From assembly GCA_965116025.1 (NCBI GenBank), contig OZ220480.1, positions 224,001 to 288,000 on the forward strand: a stretch of DNA of 64,000 bases. The letters run 5' to 3'. A program made the translations under genes and the position numbers. Source of the stretch: an uncultured candidatus Porisulfidus sp. (lineage in GTDB: Bacteria; Pseudomonadota; Gammaproteobacteria; Poriferisulfidales; Poriferisulfidaceae). Under the pieces are notes generated by a model, which saw nothing but the letters and a program-made list of their open reading frames with translations, made no database searches and was not told the origin of the DNA. This document shows, in pieces, positions 1-11,128 of the stretch (positions within the stretch are counted from its first letter, which is position 1; each line of letters begins with the position of its first letter).

Positions 1-1
1 G

Positions 2-643
2 GACCTGCTGGTTCCAGAGCCCGGGGCCTTCTACGTCATGGATCGGGCCTACCTCGATTTCTCCCGCTTGCACGCGCTGCGCCTGCATGGGGCCCACTTC
101 GTGTTGCGCTCCAAGTCCAACATCAAACTCCGGCGCTTGTCTTCCCGCGCGGCCGACCGCGACGCGGGCGTTCTTCGCGACCAGGTGGTCCGGGCCAGCG
201 GCGCCACCACCGCGAGCGCCTATCCCGACCGGCTTCGGCGCGTCAAGCATCGAGACCGAGAGCGGGAGAAGACCCTCGTGTTCCTGACCAACGACTTCAC
301 GCTTCCGGCGCGGACGATCGCCGAGCTGTATCGGGCGCGCTGGCGCGTGGAGCTGTTCTTCAAATGGATCAAGCGGCATCTGAGGATCCAGTCGTTCTTC
401 GGCACGACGGAGAACGCCGTGAAGACCCAGATCTGGATCGCGATCTCGGTTTACGTGCTGGTGGCGATCCTTCGGAAGCGGTTGCGGCTGGAGACGGAGC
501 TGCGCGCTATTCTCCAGATTTTGAGCCTCACTCTTTTTGAGAAAGTTCCTTTATATCAATTACTTGCGAAGAATGAACCCCAAATCGAACTGCCGGGGGG
601 CCCTAAACAGTTGAATTTGCTACCATTAACGTTGGGACACTAG
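2..643 (+). mobile_element. IS4-family transposase, 5'-truncated by the window edge; element right end near 645
   Basis: Open frame from base 2 (DLLVPEPGAFYVMDRAY). Motif YRARWRVELFFKWIK..GTTENAVKTQIWIA is typical of IS4-family DDE transposases; the frame ends at GGACACTAGTG. Confidence 0.9.
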
Positions 644-807
644 TGACTCCAACTATGCCGACAGATTGCCGAACCAACCCATTCCGAGGCAGGAAACGAC
701 GACGATGGCCACCCTAATAGGCGAGCGTCTTGAGCGTTGGCTTATGCGGTGTGAGAGTCGATGTCTACCATCGGGCGATACTGAGTGATGGAATTGATAA
801 TTCGCGC

Positions 808-2367
808 TTATTTGACTGGCACGGGAGACGTGAACACGAATCGAGCCAAGCCATCGCCATAGCGGACCGCGCACCGTGATGGCAAAGACTGCAACATGTT
901 GGTGTCCACAAGGTAGCGCTCTGACTGACGCAGGCCACGAATGTTTCGCTCGCGCTCGGCGAGGACCGCGTTGGCCTCGAAATCGCGCATCTCGTCATCG
1001 ATTAGGATGCTGCCGCTCATGCGGGCCAGCCATAATGCCGTGTCTGGATCGTTGACCCGGTAGGCGAATTTCAGGCCGCAGTTCTCGGTTACTGAAGATA
1101 TCACCTGTTCCGGGTCCAGATCGTCGGGAACGTTGCGCAAGTCGTTGACCGTCTGATGCGCCAGCACTAGGTGCGCCCGTTTGTCCCGGATAGAGGCGAG
1201 CGCCTCCAGTAGCGGAGCGCTGATCAGATAGCGGAGCTCATCCAGAAACATGCAGACTTGGCGGGATCTTTCGCGGGCGCGGCGCTCGCAACTCTGGATC
1301 ACCGACAGCACGAACATCTTCTGAAGCTTGAGAATACGGGAGTGGCGTGGGGAGCCGAGCACGTAGATCACCGCGCCCTCCTCAATCGCTCGCGCGACAT
1401 CCAACCCCTCCTCGGCCCGAGCCGCGGGGGTCGCCGCGATCTCTTCCATATCATCAATGAACTTCGTGGCCTTGCGCGCAACGGTCTCGCTTCGGAACGT
1501 CGCCAAAAGATTCGGCAGGGACTCGCCGTCATGCAACCGCGCGAATTCTCGTGCGGCGCGACGATCATTGAGACGATAGAAATCCGCCTCGGAGCCTCGC
1601 TCTCCGAGGCCGAAGCTTGCCACCAGGAGCTCCTCAATCTCATCGGAACTCTTTCCGCGCAGGGGATTCCATCGCGCCTCCTCGCCCATGAGATCCAAGC
1701 GATAGAAGGGTTTGCCGGCCTCGCGGGCCGCACGCTCCAAGACTCGTGGAGCGTACTCGTCACGCTTAGGGTCCACCACCACGACCGCCTCGCCTTGCCG
1801 CGCGGCCTGGGTTAGCAGAATTCCTGCCAAGACACCTTTTCCACTTCCGGTCATCCCGATAATATCGATATGGGACCGCCTCCATAGATTCTGATCCACG
1901 TGCACGGGATCGCCGTTCGGATCCAGCCCTAAAAATAGTCGGTCATCAGACTGGCAGAACGGCAAGGGGTCATACTCGTTCCGGGCCTTCGGCAGGAAGT
2001 CTCCGATGTCGCGGATATCGGTCCGCGCGTCCCGGGCCAGTGGGCTACGTTTCATCCATCGCGCGCGCCACCGCTCGAGCGCGCCGCTTCCTCGACGCGC
2101 CATGAGGATGGCCAGCGCGGTGCCAATGAGAAACTGTCCCATGAAGAGCGGGACATGCCAGCCCGGATGGTTTGTCCCTATCGCATGCGGCACCAGCACC
2201 AAGAGCGCCGTAAAGACGGACAAGGTCAGCATCAGCAAGCCAAGCGCCCTCGGCGCTTGTAGCAGACCAAGCGTCATGAGAATGCCGCCGGGCAACCCAA
2301 GCCAAGGCCAACTCCATCCGTAGAACATGTTTTCGGACAGGCCGCCGACGATCTCCCAAAACCCCAT
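808..2367 (-). CDS. Type IV coupling protein (TraD/TrwB/VirD4-like)
   Basis: N-terminal TM helices, Walker [15 protein letters not shown], Walker B MFLDE, LAHQ motif, DPDTALWLA. Confidence 0.8.
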   Translation of the reverse strand: MGFWEIVGGLSENMFYGWSWPWLGLPGGILMTLGLLQAPRALGLLMLTLSVFTALLVLVPHAIGTNHPGWHVPLFMGQFLIGTALAILMARRGSGALERWRARWMKRSPLARDARTDIRDIGDFLPKARNEYDPLPFCQSDDRLFLGLDPNGDPVHVDQNLWRRSHIDIIGMTGSGKGVLAGILLTQAARQGEAVVVVDPKRDEYAPRVLERAAREAGKPFYRLDLMGEEARWNPLRGKSSDEIEELLVASFGLGERGSEADFYRLNDRRAAREFARLHDGESLPNLLATFRSETVARKATKFIDDMEEIAATPAARAEEGLDVARAIEEGAVIYVLGSPRHSRILKLQKMFVLSVIQSCERRARERSRQVCMFLDELRYLISAPLLEALASIRDKRAHLVLAHQTVNDLRNVPDDLDPEQVISSVTENCGLKFAYRVNDPDTALWLARMSGSILIDDEMRDFEANAVLAERERNIRGLRQSERYLVDTNMLQSLPSRCAVRYGDGLARFVFTSPVPVK

Positions 2368-2391
2368 GCGAGCGTCCTATTGGGGTCGGGC

Positions 2392-2479
2392 TGGCGGAGA
2401 GGGAGGGATTCGAACCCCCGGAACCTTTCGATTCAACGGTTTTCAAGACCGCCGCATTCGACCACTCTGCCACCTCTCC
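2392..2479 (-). tRNA. tRNA-Ser(TGA)
   Basis: Minus strand reads GGAGAGGTGGCAGAGTGGTCGAATGCGGCGGTCTTGAAAACCG...GGTTCGAATCCCTCCCTCTCCGCCA: long variable arm, anticodon TGA, encoded CCA. Confidence 0.97.
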
Positions 2480-2517
2480 GCATAGCGTTCCGGTGGACCG
2501 CGTCCGCGCGAGCCAGT

Positions 2518-3327
2518 CTACACCGCGAGCACGTCCTGCATGGAATACAGGCTAGGAGGCTGACCCACCACCCAAGCGGCCGCGCGCATGGCGCCACTGG
2601 CGAAGATCTCCCGGCTTCCGGCATGGTGCGCCAGCTCCAGCCGCTCGCCGTTCCAAGCGAAAATCACCCGGTGCTCACCGACCACGTTCGCCATTCGCAT
2701 GATGTGGAACTGTATCTTGTCGATTTCCCGCTCGACACCCGTCGCCAGTGCCTGAAAAGACGCGCAATCCGGGAATCGCTGGCCAGTTCCCTTGGCCACG
2801 GCCTCGCCCAGCGCTAGCGCGGTGCCAGAGGGCGCGTCATGCTTCTCGCGATGATGCAATTCTACGATGTCCGCTTCCGCTTCGGAACCAAGCGCCTTGG
2901 ATGCCGCGGTGACCAGATTCAGCATCAGGTTAATGCCAACGCTCATGTTCGGCGCCATCACGATAGGAATTTCCCGGGCTCCTTGGGCGATAGCCTCCAG
3001 CTGCTTTTGGTCGTGCGCGGTCGTGCCGATGACCATTCCCTTGTTTTTCTCCACGCAGAATTGAACCAGATCCACCGTGTACTCGGGGCAGGTGAAGTCA
3101 ATAGCCACATCGAAGTCCGTGTGACAGTATTCCAGCGATCCAGAAATCGCCACGCCCGATTCCTTTCCTCCCGTGAACAGTCCCGCATCCCGCCCAATCA
3201 CCAACTCGTCCTTGCTACGCGAGCTAGCCGCGCCGAGCGTGATGCCGGGGGTCTCCAGCGATACTCGAACCAGGATGCTTCCCATGCGGCCGGTGACCCC
3301 GGCGATTCCCACGCGAACCTTCTCCAT
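2518..3327 (-). CDS. dapB: 4-hydroxy-tetrahydrodipicolinate reductase
   Basis: [30 protein letters not shown] motifs; follows dnaJ; ATG at 3327. Confidence 0.95.
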   Translation of the reverse strand: MEKVRVGIAGVTGRMGSILVRVSLETPGITLGAASSRSKDELVIGRDAGLFTGGKESGVAISGSLEYCHTDFDVAIDFTCPEYTVDLVQFCVEKNKGMVIGTTAHDQKQLEAIAQGAREIPIVMAPNMSVGINLMLNLVTAASKALGSEAEADIVELHHREKHDAPSGTALALGEAVAKGTGQRFPDCASFQALATGVEREIDKIQFHIMRMANVVGEHRVIFAWNGERLELAHHAGSREIFASGAMRAAAWVVGQPPSLYSMQDVLAV

Positions 3328-3329
3328 CT

Positions 3330-4475
3330 CTAGTGCAGCCACGATTTCAGGTTGTCCACGAAGTGCCGCCCTCGTTTCAGCCAAGAATCGGCACGGGGGG
3401 AGTGTACCTCATTTCCGGTCAGGGAGCCCTCCAGCTCTTCCAAGAGCCTGCGTTGCTCGGGGTTCAAGTTCACGGGAGTCTCCACGACCATAGCGCAAAT
3501 CATATCGCCCTTAGCTTGGTCGTGGAGCGAGCGCACGCCCTTGCCGCGCAGGCGCAACGACATCCCGGTCTGCGTTTCCGGTGGAACTCTCAGATTGACG
3601 TGACCGTCAAGCGTCGGCACTTCGATAGTCCCTCCCAACGCGGCCGTGGCGAAACTGACCGGCACGTCGCAATGCAGATCGTCGCCCTCGCGACGAAACA
3701 GGTGGTGCGGCCGCACCGTCACGTCGACGTACAGGTCCCCCGGCGGGCCACCTCGCGCGCCGGCCTCGCCCTTGCCAGACAAACGAATCCGGTTTCCTTG
3801 GTCCACGCCCGCCGGAATCTTGACGTTCAGGGTGCGCGTTTCGCGCACGCGCCCTGAGCCATGACACTTATGGCATGGCACGCGAATGATCCGACCCCGC
3901 CCGTGGCATTTCGGGCAGGTCTGGCGCAAGGTGAAAAATCCTTGCTGGACGGTCACCTCGCCTCGGCCTTGGCAATTCGGGCAGATTTCCGGCTTAGTGC
4001 CTGGCGCGCAACCGGAGCCGTCGCAAGCAGGGCATTGCACGGCCATGCTGACATTAATTTCGCGGGAGGTCCCGAGCGCCGCCTCTTCCAGATCCAGATC
4101 AATGCGGTAGACAAGATCCGCGCCACGCGATTCCGCGTGCCCTCGAGCGGCTCGACCGACGCCACCGAACAAGTCCCCGAACATGTCGCCAAACATGTCC
4201 TCGAACCCGGCGGCGGCCCCCGACCCCGCCGCATTCGCGTAGCCCGCGGCCCCGACTGCATCGTGCCCAAAACGGTCGTAGAGGGAGCGTTTCTGGGAGT
4301 CGGAAAGAACGCCGTAGGCTTCCTGGACTTCCCGGAATTTCTCGTCGGCCCCGGTATCGCCCTTGTTGCGATCCGGGTGGTGCTTCATGGCCAGCCGGCG
4401 ATAGGCTTTCTTTAGATCCGCCTCATTGACCTGGCGATCCACGCCCAGCACTTCATAGTAGTCACGTTTGGCCAT
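3330..4475 (-). CDS. dnaJ: Chaperone DnaJ
   Basis: J domain with HPD and four CxxCxGxG zinc-finger repeats. Confidence 0.98.
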   Translation of the reverse strand: MAKRDYYEVLGVDRQVNEADLKKAYRRLAMKHHPDRNKGDTGADEKFREVQEAYGVLSDSQKRSLYDRFGHDAVGAAGYANAAGSGAAAGFEDMFGDMFGDLFGGVGRAARGHAESRGADLVYRIDLDLEEAALGTSREINVSMAVQCPACDGSGCAPGTKPEICPNCQGRGEVTVQQGFFTLRQTCPKCHGRGRIIRVPCHKCHGSGRVRETRTLNVKIPAGVDQGNRIRLSGKGEAGARGGPPGDLYVDVTVRPHHLFRREGDDLHCDVPVSFATAALGGTIEVPTLDGHVNLRVPPETQTGMSLRLRGKGVRSLHDQAKGDMICAMVVETPVNLNPEQRRLLEELEGSLTGNEVHSPRADSWLKRGRHFVDNLKSWLH

Positions 4476-4505
4476 CGGATGCTCGGCATCGAGCCACCTT
4501 CACCT

Positions 4506-6461
4506 TCAGGCGGATTTGCCGTTGCCCTTGTCTGATCGATTCTCGGGCGAGTCGTCGACCTCGACGAAGTCGGCGTCCACCACGTCCGGGTCACGCTCGG
4601 AATCTCTCGCGGACTCTTCGTCGCCGTCCTTTTTCCGCCGAGTTTCCTGATAGGCGCGTTGCACGATATCGCCGCTGGCCTCGGTCAGCGCTTTGGTCTT
4701 GGCCTCTACGGTGGCCAGGTCGTCGCCTTTCAGCGCGTCCTTGAGATCGTTCATCGCGCTCTCCACTCGCGCGCGCTCGTCGCCCGAAACTTTGTCGCCC
4801 AAGTCCTCCATCGCCTTGCCCGTGGCATGGACGAGAGCATCCGCGGCGTTGCGCGCCTGCACCAGCTCTTGGAATTTTCGGTCCTCATCGGCGTGCTTCT
4901 CGGCATCCTTGACCATCTGCTCAATCTCGGATTCCGACAGCCCACTGGACGCTTTGATCACGATAGACTGTTCCTTCCCCGTGGCCTTGTCCTTGGCCGA
5001 CACGCTGAGAATGCCATTGGCATCGATATCGAACGACACCTCGATTTGCGGCACGCCGCGCGGCGCGGGCGGCAGGTCCGCCAGATCGAACCGGCCCAGA
5101 GACTTGTTGGCTTCCGCGCGCTCCCGTTCACCCTGCAGCACATGCACCGTAACGGCGGGTTGGTTGTCCGCCGCGGTCGAGAATACTTGGGTCTGGGTGG
5201 TCGGGATGGTAGTGTTCTTCTCGATCAGACGCGTCATCACTCCTCCCAAGGTCTCAATGCCGAGCGACAGCGGGGTCACGTCCAGCAACAAGACATCCTT
5301 GACGTCTCCGCCAAGCACGCCGCCTTGGATGGCCGCGCCGATCGCCACCGCTTCGTCTGGATTGACATCCTTGCGCGGCGCCTTGCCGAACAGGGATTCG
5401 ACTGCTTCCTGAACTTTAGGCATTCGGGTCTGACCACCAACCAGGATGACTCCAGAGATATCCCCGGCCGAAACGCCAGCGTCGCGCATCGCGACGCGGC
5501 ATGGCTCCATCGTGCGCTCGATCAGGCCCTCAACCAAGGACTCGAGCTTGGCGCGGGTGATCTTCGCGTTCAGATGCTTCGGTCCACTGGCGTCAGCCGT
5601 GATATACGGAAGATTCACTTCCGTTTGCTGCGAGCTGGATAACTCGACCTTGGCCTTCTCGGCCGCCTCCTTCAGGCGCTGGAGGGCGATCGGATCGTTG
5701 TGCAGGTCCACGCCGTGCTCTTTTTGGAAGCCTTCCGCCAAGTGGTCGATCAGGCGCAGGTCGAAGTCCTCGCCGCCTAGGAAAGTGTCGCCGTTGGTCG
5801 CCAGCACCTCAAACTGATGCTCGCCATCAACCTCGGCGATCTCAATGATCGAGATGTCGAACGTCCCGCCACCCAAGTCGTACACCGCGATCTTGGTGTC
5901 GCCATGCTTTTTGTCCATGCCATAGGCCAGCGCCGCGGCCGTGGGCTCGTTAATGATGCGCTTCACCTCAAGCCCGGCGATTCGCCCAGCGTCCTTGGTC
6001 GCTTGGCGTTGCGAATCGTTGAAGTAGGCCGGCACGGTGATCACCGCCTCAGTCACTTTCTCGCCCAGATACTCCTCGGCCGTCTGCCTCATCTTGCCAA
6101 GCACGCGCGCAGAGACCTCTGGGGGCGCCATCTTCTTTGCGCGCGCCTCGACCCAAGCGTCGCCATTGTCCGCCTTGACGATGCCGAACGGTACCAGCTT
6201 AATATCTTTCTGCACCTCGTCTTCATCGAAACGCCGGCCAATCAGCCGCTTGACCGCGAACACGGTATGCTTCGGATTGGTGACCGCCTGGCGCTTGGCG
6301 GTCTGGCCCACCAGCACCTCGCCACCCTCATCAGGAAACGCCACAACCGACGGGGTGGTCCGATCACCCTCGCTGTTCTCAAGGACGCGCGCGCCAGAGC
6401 CCTCCATCACCGCTACGCAGGAATTGGTGGTCCCCAAGTCAATGCCAATTATTTTTCCCAT
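4506..6461 (-). CDS. dnaK: Chaperone DnaK
   Basis: [30 protein letters not shown] motifs; start placed at ATG 6461. Confidence 0.99.
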   Translation of the reverse strand: MGKIIGIDLGTTNSCVAVMEGSGARVLENSEGDRTTPSVVAFPDEGGEVLVGQTAKRQAVTNPKHTVFAVKRLIGRRFDEDEVQKDIKLVPFGIVKADNGDAWVEARAKKMAPPEVSARVLGKMRQTAEEYLGEKVTEAVITVPAYFNDSQRQATKDAGRIAGLEVKRIINEPTAAALAYGMDKKHGDTKIAVYDLGGGTFDISIIEIAEVDGEHQFEVLATNGDTFLGGEDFDLRLIDHLAEGFQKEHGVDLHNDPIALQRLKEAAEKAKVELSSSQQTEVNLPYITADASGPKHLNAKITRAKLESLVEGLIERTMEPCRVAMRDAGVSAGDISGVILVGGQTRMPKVQEAVESLFGKAPRKDVNPDEAVAIGAAIQGGVLGGDVKDVLLLDVTPLSLGIETLGGVMTRLIEKNTTIPTTQTQVFSTAADNQPAVTVHVLQGERERAEANKSLGRFDLADLPPAPRGVPQIEVSFDIDANGILSVSAKDKATGKEQSIVIKASSGLSESEIEQMVKDAEKHADEDRKFQELVQARNAADALVHATGKAMEDLGDKVSGDERARVESAMNDLKDALKGDDLATVEAKTKALTEASGDIVQRAYQETRRKKDGDEESARDSERDPDVVDADFVEVDDSPENRSDKGNGKSA

Positions 6462-6512
6462 GAGGTCTGATTCTCCTGAAAGACTGGCCGACACCGGCCG
6501 CGTTAGTCATAA

Positions 6513-6539
6513 ATATGGATTAATTGGGGGAAAATCAAG
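6513..6539 (-). promoter_or_regulatory. Putative sigma-32 promoter of dnaK
   Basis: Minus strand CTTGAT-N13-ATCCATAT, close to the RpoH consensus CTTGAA..CCCCATAT. Confidence 0.65.
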
Positions 6540-7161
6540 CCAGGTCCGCGGGCCCACCCGGCGGGGCGGCATCAGCGTCCTCGGCATCTGGTTCCTGTTT
6601 CTCGGACTTTGGCTCAGCCGCTACTACGACCCGAGCTGGGCGCAACAAGCGATCATGCATTCGGTAGCCTTTCCGAAACACTTCCAGCACGCCGCCAGGA
6701 GCCAAGTCCTCGCTGGGCCGCGTCGCCACCGCCTCATGCAACTGCGGATCGAAAGGCTTTCCTTCCGGGTCGAGCGCCTCAATCGAGAATCGTTCCAGCA
6801 CCCGCGCCATGTGGCGCAAGGTCAGCGCATGTCCCTCGCGAACGATTTCCGGCACGCTCTCATCCTGCGTCATCACTTCCCGCGCCTCCTCCATCACGTC
6901 CAAGATTTCTGGAAGCTCGCGCGCTAGCGGCTCGACCCGGTAGCGCGCCGCCGCCGCTCGCTCGCGCTCATGCCGTTTCTGCAGGTTAGCGAGCTCCGCT
7001 CGCGCCCGCGCTAGCCCGTCCTGGAGCCGCCGCGTCTCCTCGCGCAGGCGCTCAATCTCCGCGTCTTCCTCGGATGGCTCTTCCAGAACGTCCTCGCCAG
7101 TGGTTTCCTTGGGCTCGGCGGCATCCGTGGGCGGAGCGTCGTTCGATGAGATGGAAGCCAT
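6535..7161 (-). CDS. grpE: Nucleotide exchange factor GrpE
   Basis: RARAELANLQKR, FDPQLHEAV, KGYRMHDRLLRPARVVV. ATG 7161 is preferred because the upstream TTG overlaps the promoter. Confidence 0.95.
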   Translation of the reverse strand: MASISSNDAPPTDAAEPKETTGEDVLEEPSEEDAEIERLREETRRLQDGLARARAELANLQKRHERERAAAARYRVEPLARELPEILDVMEEAREVMTQDESVPEIVREGHALTLRHMARVLERFSIEALDPEGKPFDPQLHEAVATRPSEDLAPGGVLEVFRKGYRMHDRLLRPARVVVAAEPKSEKQEPDAEDADAAPPGGPADLA

Positions 7162-7187
7162 GGATTGAAACGCTGGAATTCCTTTCA

Positions 7188-7215
7188 ATATGGGGGCTAA
7201 TCGAGTGGATTCAAG
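7188..7215 (-). promoter_or_regulatory. Sigma-32 promoter of grpE
   Basis: Minus strand CTTGAA-N14-CCCCATAT, matching the RpoH consensus. Confidence 0.85.
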
Positions 7216-7299
7216 CCGGGCGGGTCGTTGTGGCCCAACGCGCTCCCGTCGCAGGGATTACAATACGAACCGCCATCAAGTCATGAGGATCGTCCCCTG

Positions 7300-8163
7300 A
7301 TGCCCGAATTCCGGCGCGTCGGCGTCGTCTCCCGCCCTAGCGCGGAAACCGACGCGGAAACCCTCCGTCGGGTGGCCCGGCTGGTTCGGGAGAAAGGGCG
7401 GGAGTTGCTGGTGGACCCGACGACCGCCCGAGCTCTCGGGATGTCTGGAGGACTCGAGTTGCCCGAACTCGCCAAGCGGGCCGATCTCGGCGTGATCGTT
7501 GGCGGTGACGGCACCTTGTTGCGCGCGGTTCGCCAAATGGCGCCGCGCGGCGTTCCGGTTTGCGGCGTCAACCGGGGCCGGCTGGGCTTCTTGGCGGACA
7601 TCTATCCAGAACAGGTCTCCAGCGTCTTGGGCGCCATCCTAGATGGAGAGCATATGGCCGACCTGCGCTCAATCTTGGTCGGTGAAGTATGGCGCGGAGA
7701 AGAGCGGTTGCGCGTCTCGGACGCGCTCAATGACGTAGTGGTCCACAGCTATCGGGATCTGCATATGATTGAGCTCCAAACCTTGATTAGCGGACATCCG
7801 TTGAGCGCGCTACGCGCGGACGGCCTGATCATTTCCACGCCGACTGGCTCGACCGCTTACGCTCTGTCCGGAGGTGGGCCGATCCTGCATCCCTCGCTGG
7901 ATGTGCTCGTGATGGTGCCCATTTGCCCTCACATGCTGAGTAGCCGGCCCATCGTGGTCGATCTGGACAGCGAGATTGAGCTGGAGGTGATCGGCCGCCC
8001 AGAAAGCCGGGGAATGGTTTCTTTCGACGGTTCCGCCAACCAAGAACTGAGGATCGGCGATCGCGTGCGCATCCGCCGACAGAAATACCCGCTGACCATC
8101 GTCCAGCCGAAGGGTCATGATTATTTCGAGATCCTGCGGCGGAAACTGTCTTGGAATTTGTAG
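7300..8163 (+). CDS. nadK: NAD kinase
   Basis: GGDGT, GRLGFL, ALND, DGLIISTPTGSTAY motifs; lies between grpE and recN. Confidence 0.95.
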   Translation: MPEFRRVGVVSRPSAETDAETLRRVARLVREKGRELLVDPTTARALGMSGGLELPELAKRADLGVIVGGDGTLLRAVRQMAPRGVPVCGVNRGRLGFLADIYPEQVSSVLGAILDGEHMADLRSILVGEVWRGEERLRVSDALNDVVVHSYRDLHMIELQTLISGHPLSALRADGLIISTPTGSTAYALSGGGPILHPSLDVLVMVPICPHMLSSRPIVVDLDSEIELEVIGRPESRGMVSFDGSANQELRIGDRVRIRRQKYPLTIVQPKGHDYFEILRRKLSWNL

Positions 8164-8169
8164 CTTCCA

Positions 8170-9858
8170 ATGTTGCGCGCCCTGAGCATTCGCGGCCTGG
8201 CCGTTATCGAGAAGCTGGACTTGGAGTTTCATCCGGGGCTGAGCGTTTTCAGTGGAGAGACCGGGGCTGGAAAATCTATTCTGGTCGGCGCGCTCGGCCT
8301 CGCGCTCGGCGCCCGCGCGTCTCGAAGCCTGATTCGCCGTGACGCTGAGCGGGCCGAGGTGACCTTAGAGTGCGATCCTGCCGCGCGGCCTGAAGCCTGC
8401 GCGTGGCTTGATCGACGCGATTTCGATTTCCGCGACGGATTATTCCTTCGGCGCGTCCTCGCCCGGAACGGCTCATCCCGCGCGTACATTAACGACACTC
8501 CGGTCTCGGCCGCCGCCTTGCGCTCAATCGGCCAACGACTGATCGAGATTCATGGCCAGCGAGAGCACCAGCGCTTGCTACGCCGCGACCAGCAACGCGT
8601 TATCTTGGATTCGGCCTGCGGTCATGCGGAAACGCTGGACGCGCTGGCCGAGCATTATCGGCTCTGGAGCGAGGCGCGGGCGCGGCTTGACGAGATCAGC
8701 GGGGACGCTGAACAGCGCTCCCAAGCCTTATCCCTCTTGAAGTTTCAAGTCGAGGAGCTCAATGCCCTTGAGCTTGAAGACCAGACGTACGAGGATCTGG
8801 ACGAACGCCAGCGCGCGCTCGCTGGAGCGGACGAGCTTCAGGCGCTCTGCCAAGAGTTGATTGATGCTCTGTACGATCATGACGAGCGGGCCGAGTACGC
8901 CCGGCTCGCGGAGCTCGCGGACCGACTGGAGCGGGCCGCGCGAATCGACCCAAAGCTGGAACCGGCCCGGGAACTGCTTCCGCAAGCGATGGCCTGCGTG
9001 GAGGAGGCGGTCGGGCTGTTGCGCGCGACGCTGGATCGAGTGGATCTGGATCCCGAAAGCCTGGCTGAGGTCGAGCAGGGACTAGGCGCTCTCCACGACC
9101 TCGCCCGCAAGCACCAAGTCGCCCCGAGAGATCTATGGAAGCATGCGCGAGGCCTGAGCGAGAAATTGGAGCGATGGCAGTCACCGGAGCATGATATCGT
9201 CTCATTGTCCGAAGAAGTGGACCGGCTGGAACGAGAGTATCGCGCCTTGGCCAGAATGGCGCACCAGACCCGATCCAAAACGGCGAAGCGAATCTCTGAA
9301 CGGGTCACCGAAATCCTGCACCGTCTAGGTATGCCGCACAGCGAGTTTCGGATCTCGGTGAGCTATGATCACCAGCGTGCGCCCGGGCCGCATGGGCTGG
9401 ACGACATAGACTATCGCCTCGCTACCGGTCCTAGACAGGATCCCGGTCCAGTCGGCGAGATCGCCTCGGGCGGCGAGCTATCGCGCCTGTCACTCGCCGT
9501 CCAACAATCCACGACCGGCGGCGATGACCCTCCGGTCATGATTTTCGATGAGGTGGACGCGGGAATTGGGGGCGGAGCCGCGGAAATCGTCGGCCAGCTG
9601 TTAGCCCGGCTCGCCGAGCGCGCGCAGGTGTTGTGCGTCACGCATTTGCCGCAAGTGGCGATGCAGGCCCATCACCAATATCGCGTGCGCAAGCATGGAG
9701 GAACGCGCGCCGAAGTCGAATCGCTGGATCGGGAAGGCCGGGTGGAAGAACTTGCGCGCATGCTCTCGGGGGTGAGGAAAACCGATACCGCGCGCGAGCA
9801 TGCCGAAACGCTGCTTCAGCGTGGCCGCGACCGCTCCTTGCTAGAATTGGAGTCATGA
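8170..9858 (+). CDS. recN: DNA repair protein RecN
   Basis: GETGAGKS, EIHGQ, ASGGELSR, IFDEVDAGIGG, VTHLPQVA motifs. Confidence 0.97.
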   Translation: MLRALSIRGLAVIEKLDLEFHPGLSVFSGETGAGKSILVGALGLALGARASRSLIRRDAERAEVTLECDPAARPEACAWLDRRDFDFRDGLFLRRVLARNGSSRAYINDTPVSAAALRSIGQRLIEIHGQREHQRLLRRDQQRVILDSACGHAETLDALAEHYRLWSEARARLDEISGDAEQRSQALSLLKFQVEELNALELEDQTYEDLDERQRALAGADELQALCQELIDALYDHDERAEYARLAELADRLERAARIDPKLEPARELLPQAMACVEEAVGLLRATLDRVDLDPESLAEVEQGLGALHDLARKHQVAPRDLWKHARGLSEKLERWQSPEHDIVSLSEEVDRLEREYRALARMAHQTRSKTAKRISERVTEILHRLGMPHSEFRISVSYDHQRAPGPHGLDDIDYRLATGPRQDPGPVGEIASGGELSRLSLAVQQSTTGGDDPPVMIFDEVDAGIGGGAAEIVGQLLARLAERAQVLCVTHLPQVAMQAHHQYRVRKHGGTRAEVESLDREGRVEELARMLSGVRKTDTAREHAETLLQRGRDRSLLELES

Positions 9859-10373
9859 GAACGTTCTTGGCTCGATCCGCCCTCGCGCGCTTGGCGCTAT
9901 CGTGCGGATGCGCGGCGACCGCTGGATGCGAATACATGTTGCCGGACGGGTTCGAGTTGGGGCAGCATCGGATCGCCGTGCAGCAAGGCAACACGCTGAC
10001 GGAGGAATCTATCCGGAACCTGCGCGCCGGAATGGATGCTCAGCAAGTGCTGTTCTTGCTAGGAACGCCCTTGGTCAAGGACGCGTTCCACCCGGATCGA
10101 TGGGATTATCCTCTGTACGTAGAGGCGAAGGAAAGCGGCGAGAAATCCCGCCTCGACGTGGTCAGCTTGCGCTTCAAGGAGGGCAAACTCGAGGAGGTTC
10201 GCAGGCTAGTGCCGATTAACCCGGAAGTCGCGAGCGTCGAGCCTGGAGGCCAACTTGACGCGGCGGCTGAATGGTTCGAACTAGGCGACGCGTTGGTCGC
10301 GGACAAATCTCCAGAACCAGCGGCGATTGATGGCGAGGTCATCGCGGAGCCCGAGCAAACGCATCGGGACTGA
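9855..10373 (+). CDS. bamE: Outer membrane assembly lipoprotein BamE/SmpA
   Basis: Lipobox-like TAGC, QQGN, GM..QQVLFLLGTP..D.FH.DRWDY; ATGA overlap with the recN stop. Confidence 0.9.
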   Translation: MRTFLARSALARLALSCGCAATAGCEYMLPDGFELGQHRIAVQQGNTLTEESIRNLRAGMDAQQVLFLLGTPLVKDAFHPDRWDYPLYVEAKESGEKSRLDVVSLRFKEGKLEEVRRLVPINPEVASVEPGGQLDAAAEWFELGDALVADKSPEPAAIDGEVIAEPEQTHRD

Positions 10374-10423
10374 TAACGCCCACGGATGAGCGTCGCCCGA
10401 ACGGCGTTCTCCGTTCAGACATC

Positions 10424-10687
10424 TCACTTTTTCGCCGCCGCGCGGCGGCGGACCTCTTGCGGCGATATCTCCAACGGCGGACAGATCTCTAGCCGGTCTC
10501 CCTCCCGAAGCTCGTACCCAAGGGAGACCGTTCGGCCGAACACGCCAATCCCCCATTTTCCTCTCTTTTCCTCCGGCTCTGTCCAGCCATAGTGGGACAG
10601 CGCGTCGGACACGGTCGCTCCTTCTGGCAACGTTAGGATCCGCGTCGCCGGACGCGGGTCGCTAGCGTCAACCACCTCGATTTTCAT
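10424..10687 (-). CDS. ratB: RnfH/RatB ubiquitin-like protein
   Basis: GATV.DAL, GVFG, LREGDRLEI.PPL..P.EVRRRRA; downstream of ratA. Confidence 0.85.
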   Translation of the reverse strand: MKIEVVDASDPRPATRILTLPEGATVSDALSHYGWTEPEEKRGKWGIGVFGRTVSLGYELREGDRLEICPPLEISPQEVRRRAAAKK

Positions 10688-11117
10688 CCCCGCTCCGCGC
10701 GCGGCGGTGAGCTTCCGCGACGAAAGACTGCACCAACCGCCCACATACTTCGGCGAACACGGCGGAAAGCGGCAAAAAACGGAACGAGCCTTTCACCTCG
10801 AATTCCATGTCCAACGCGACCCGGCAGCCATGTGGCCGTTCGGAAAAGGTCCAGATTCCCTGCAGATGCCGGAACGGGCCGTCTTGCAGGCGCATGTCGA
10901 TTCGCTCGCGTGGGGTCAGCGCGTTGCGCGTGGTGAACGAAGTGCGCAAGCCACCACGCGCGAGCGTCAATCGGGCCGTCACTTCAGCGTCAGCATGGCT
11001 CAGCAACTCCGCCCGGGGACACCAGGGAAGAAATTTCGGATAGGATTCGACGTCGTTGACGAGCTCGTACATCAAGGAAGCCGGGTACGGCACCCGGGCC
11101 TCGCGGTGAATGCGCAC
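10668..11117 (-). CDS. ratA: RatA/PasT (Coq10-like START domain)
   Basis: MYELVNDVESYPKFLPWC, SFTTRN, GPFRHLQGIWTF; GTG start inferred. Confidence 0.9.
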   Translation of the reverse strand: MRIHREARVPYPASLMYELVNDVESYPKFLPWCPRAELLSHADAEVTARLTLARGGLRTSFTTRNALTPRERIDMRLQDGPFRHLQGIWTFSERPHGCRVALDMEFEVKGSFRFLPLSAVFAEVCGRLVQSFVAEAHRRARSGDENRGG

Positions 11118-11128
11118 GGAACCGTGGG

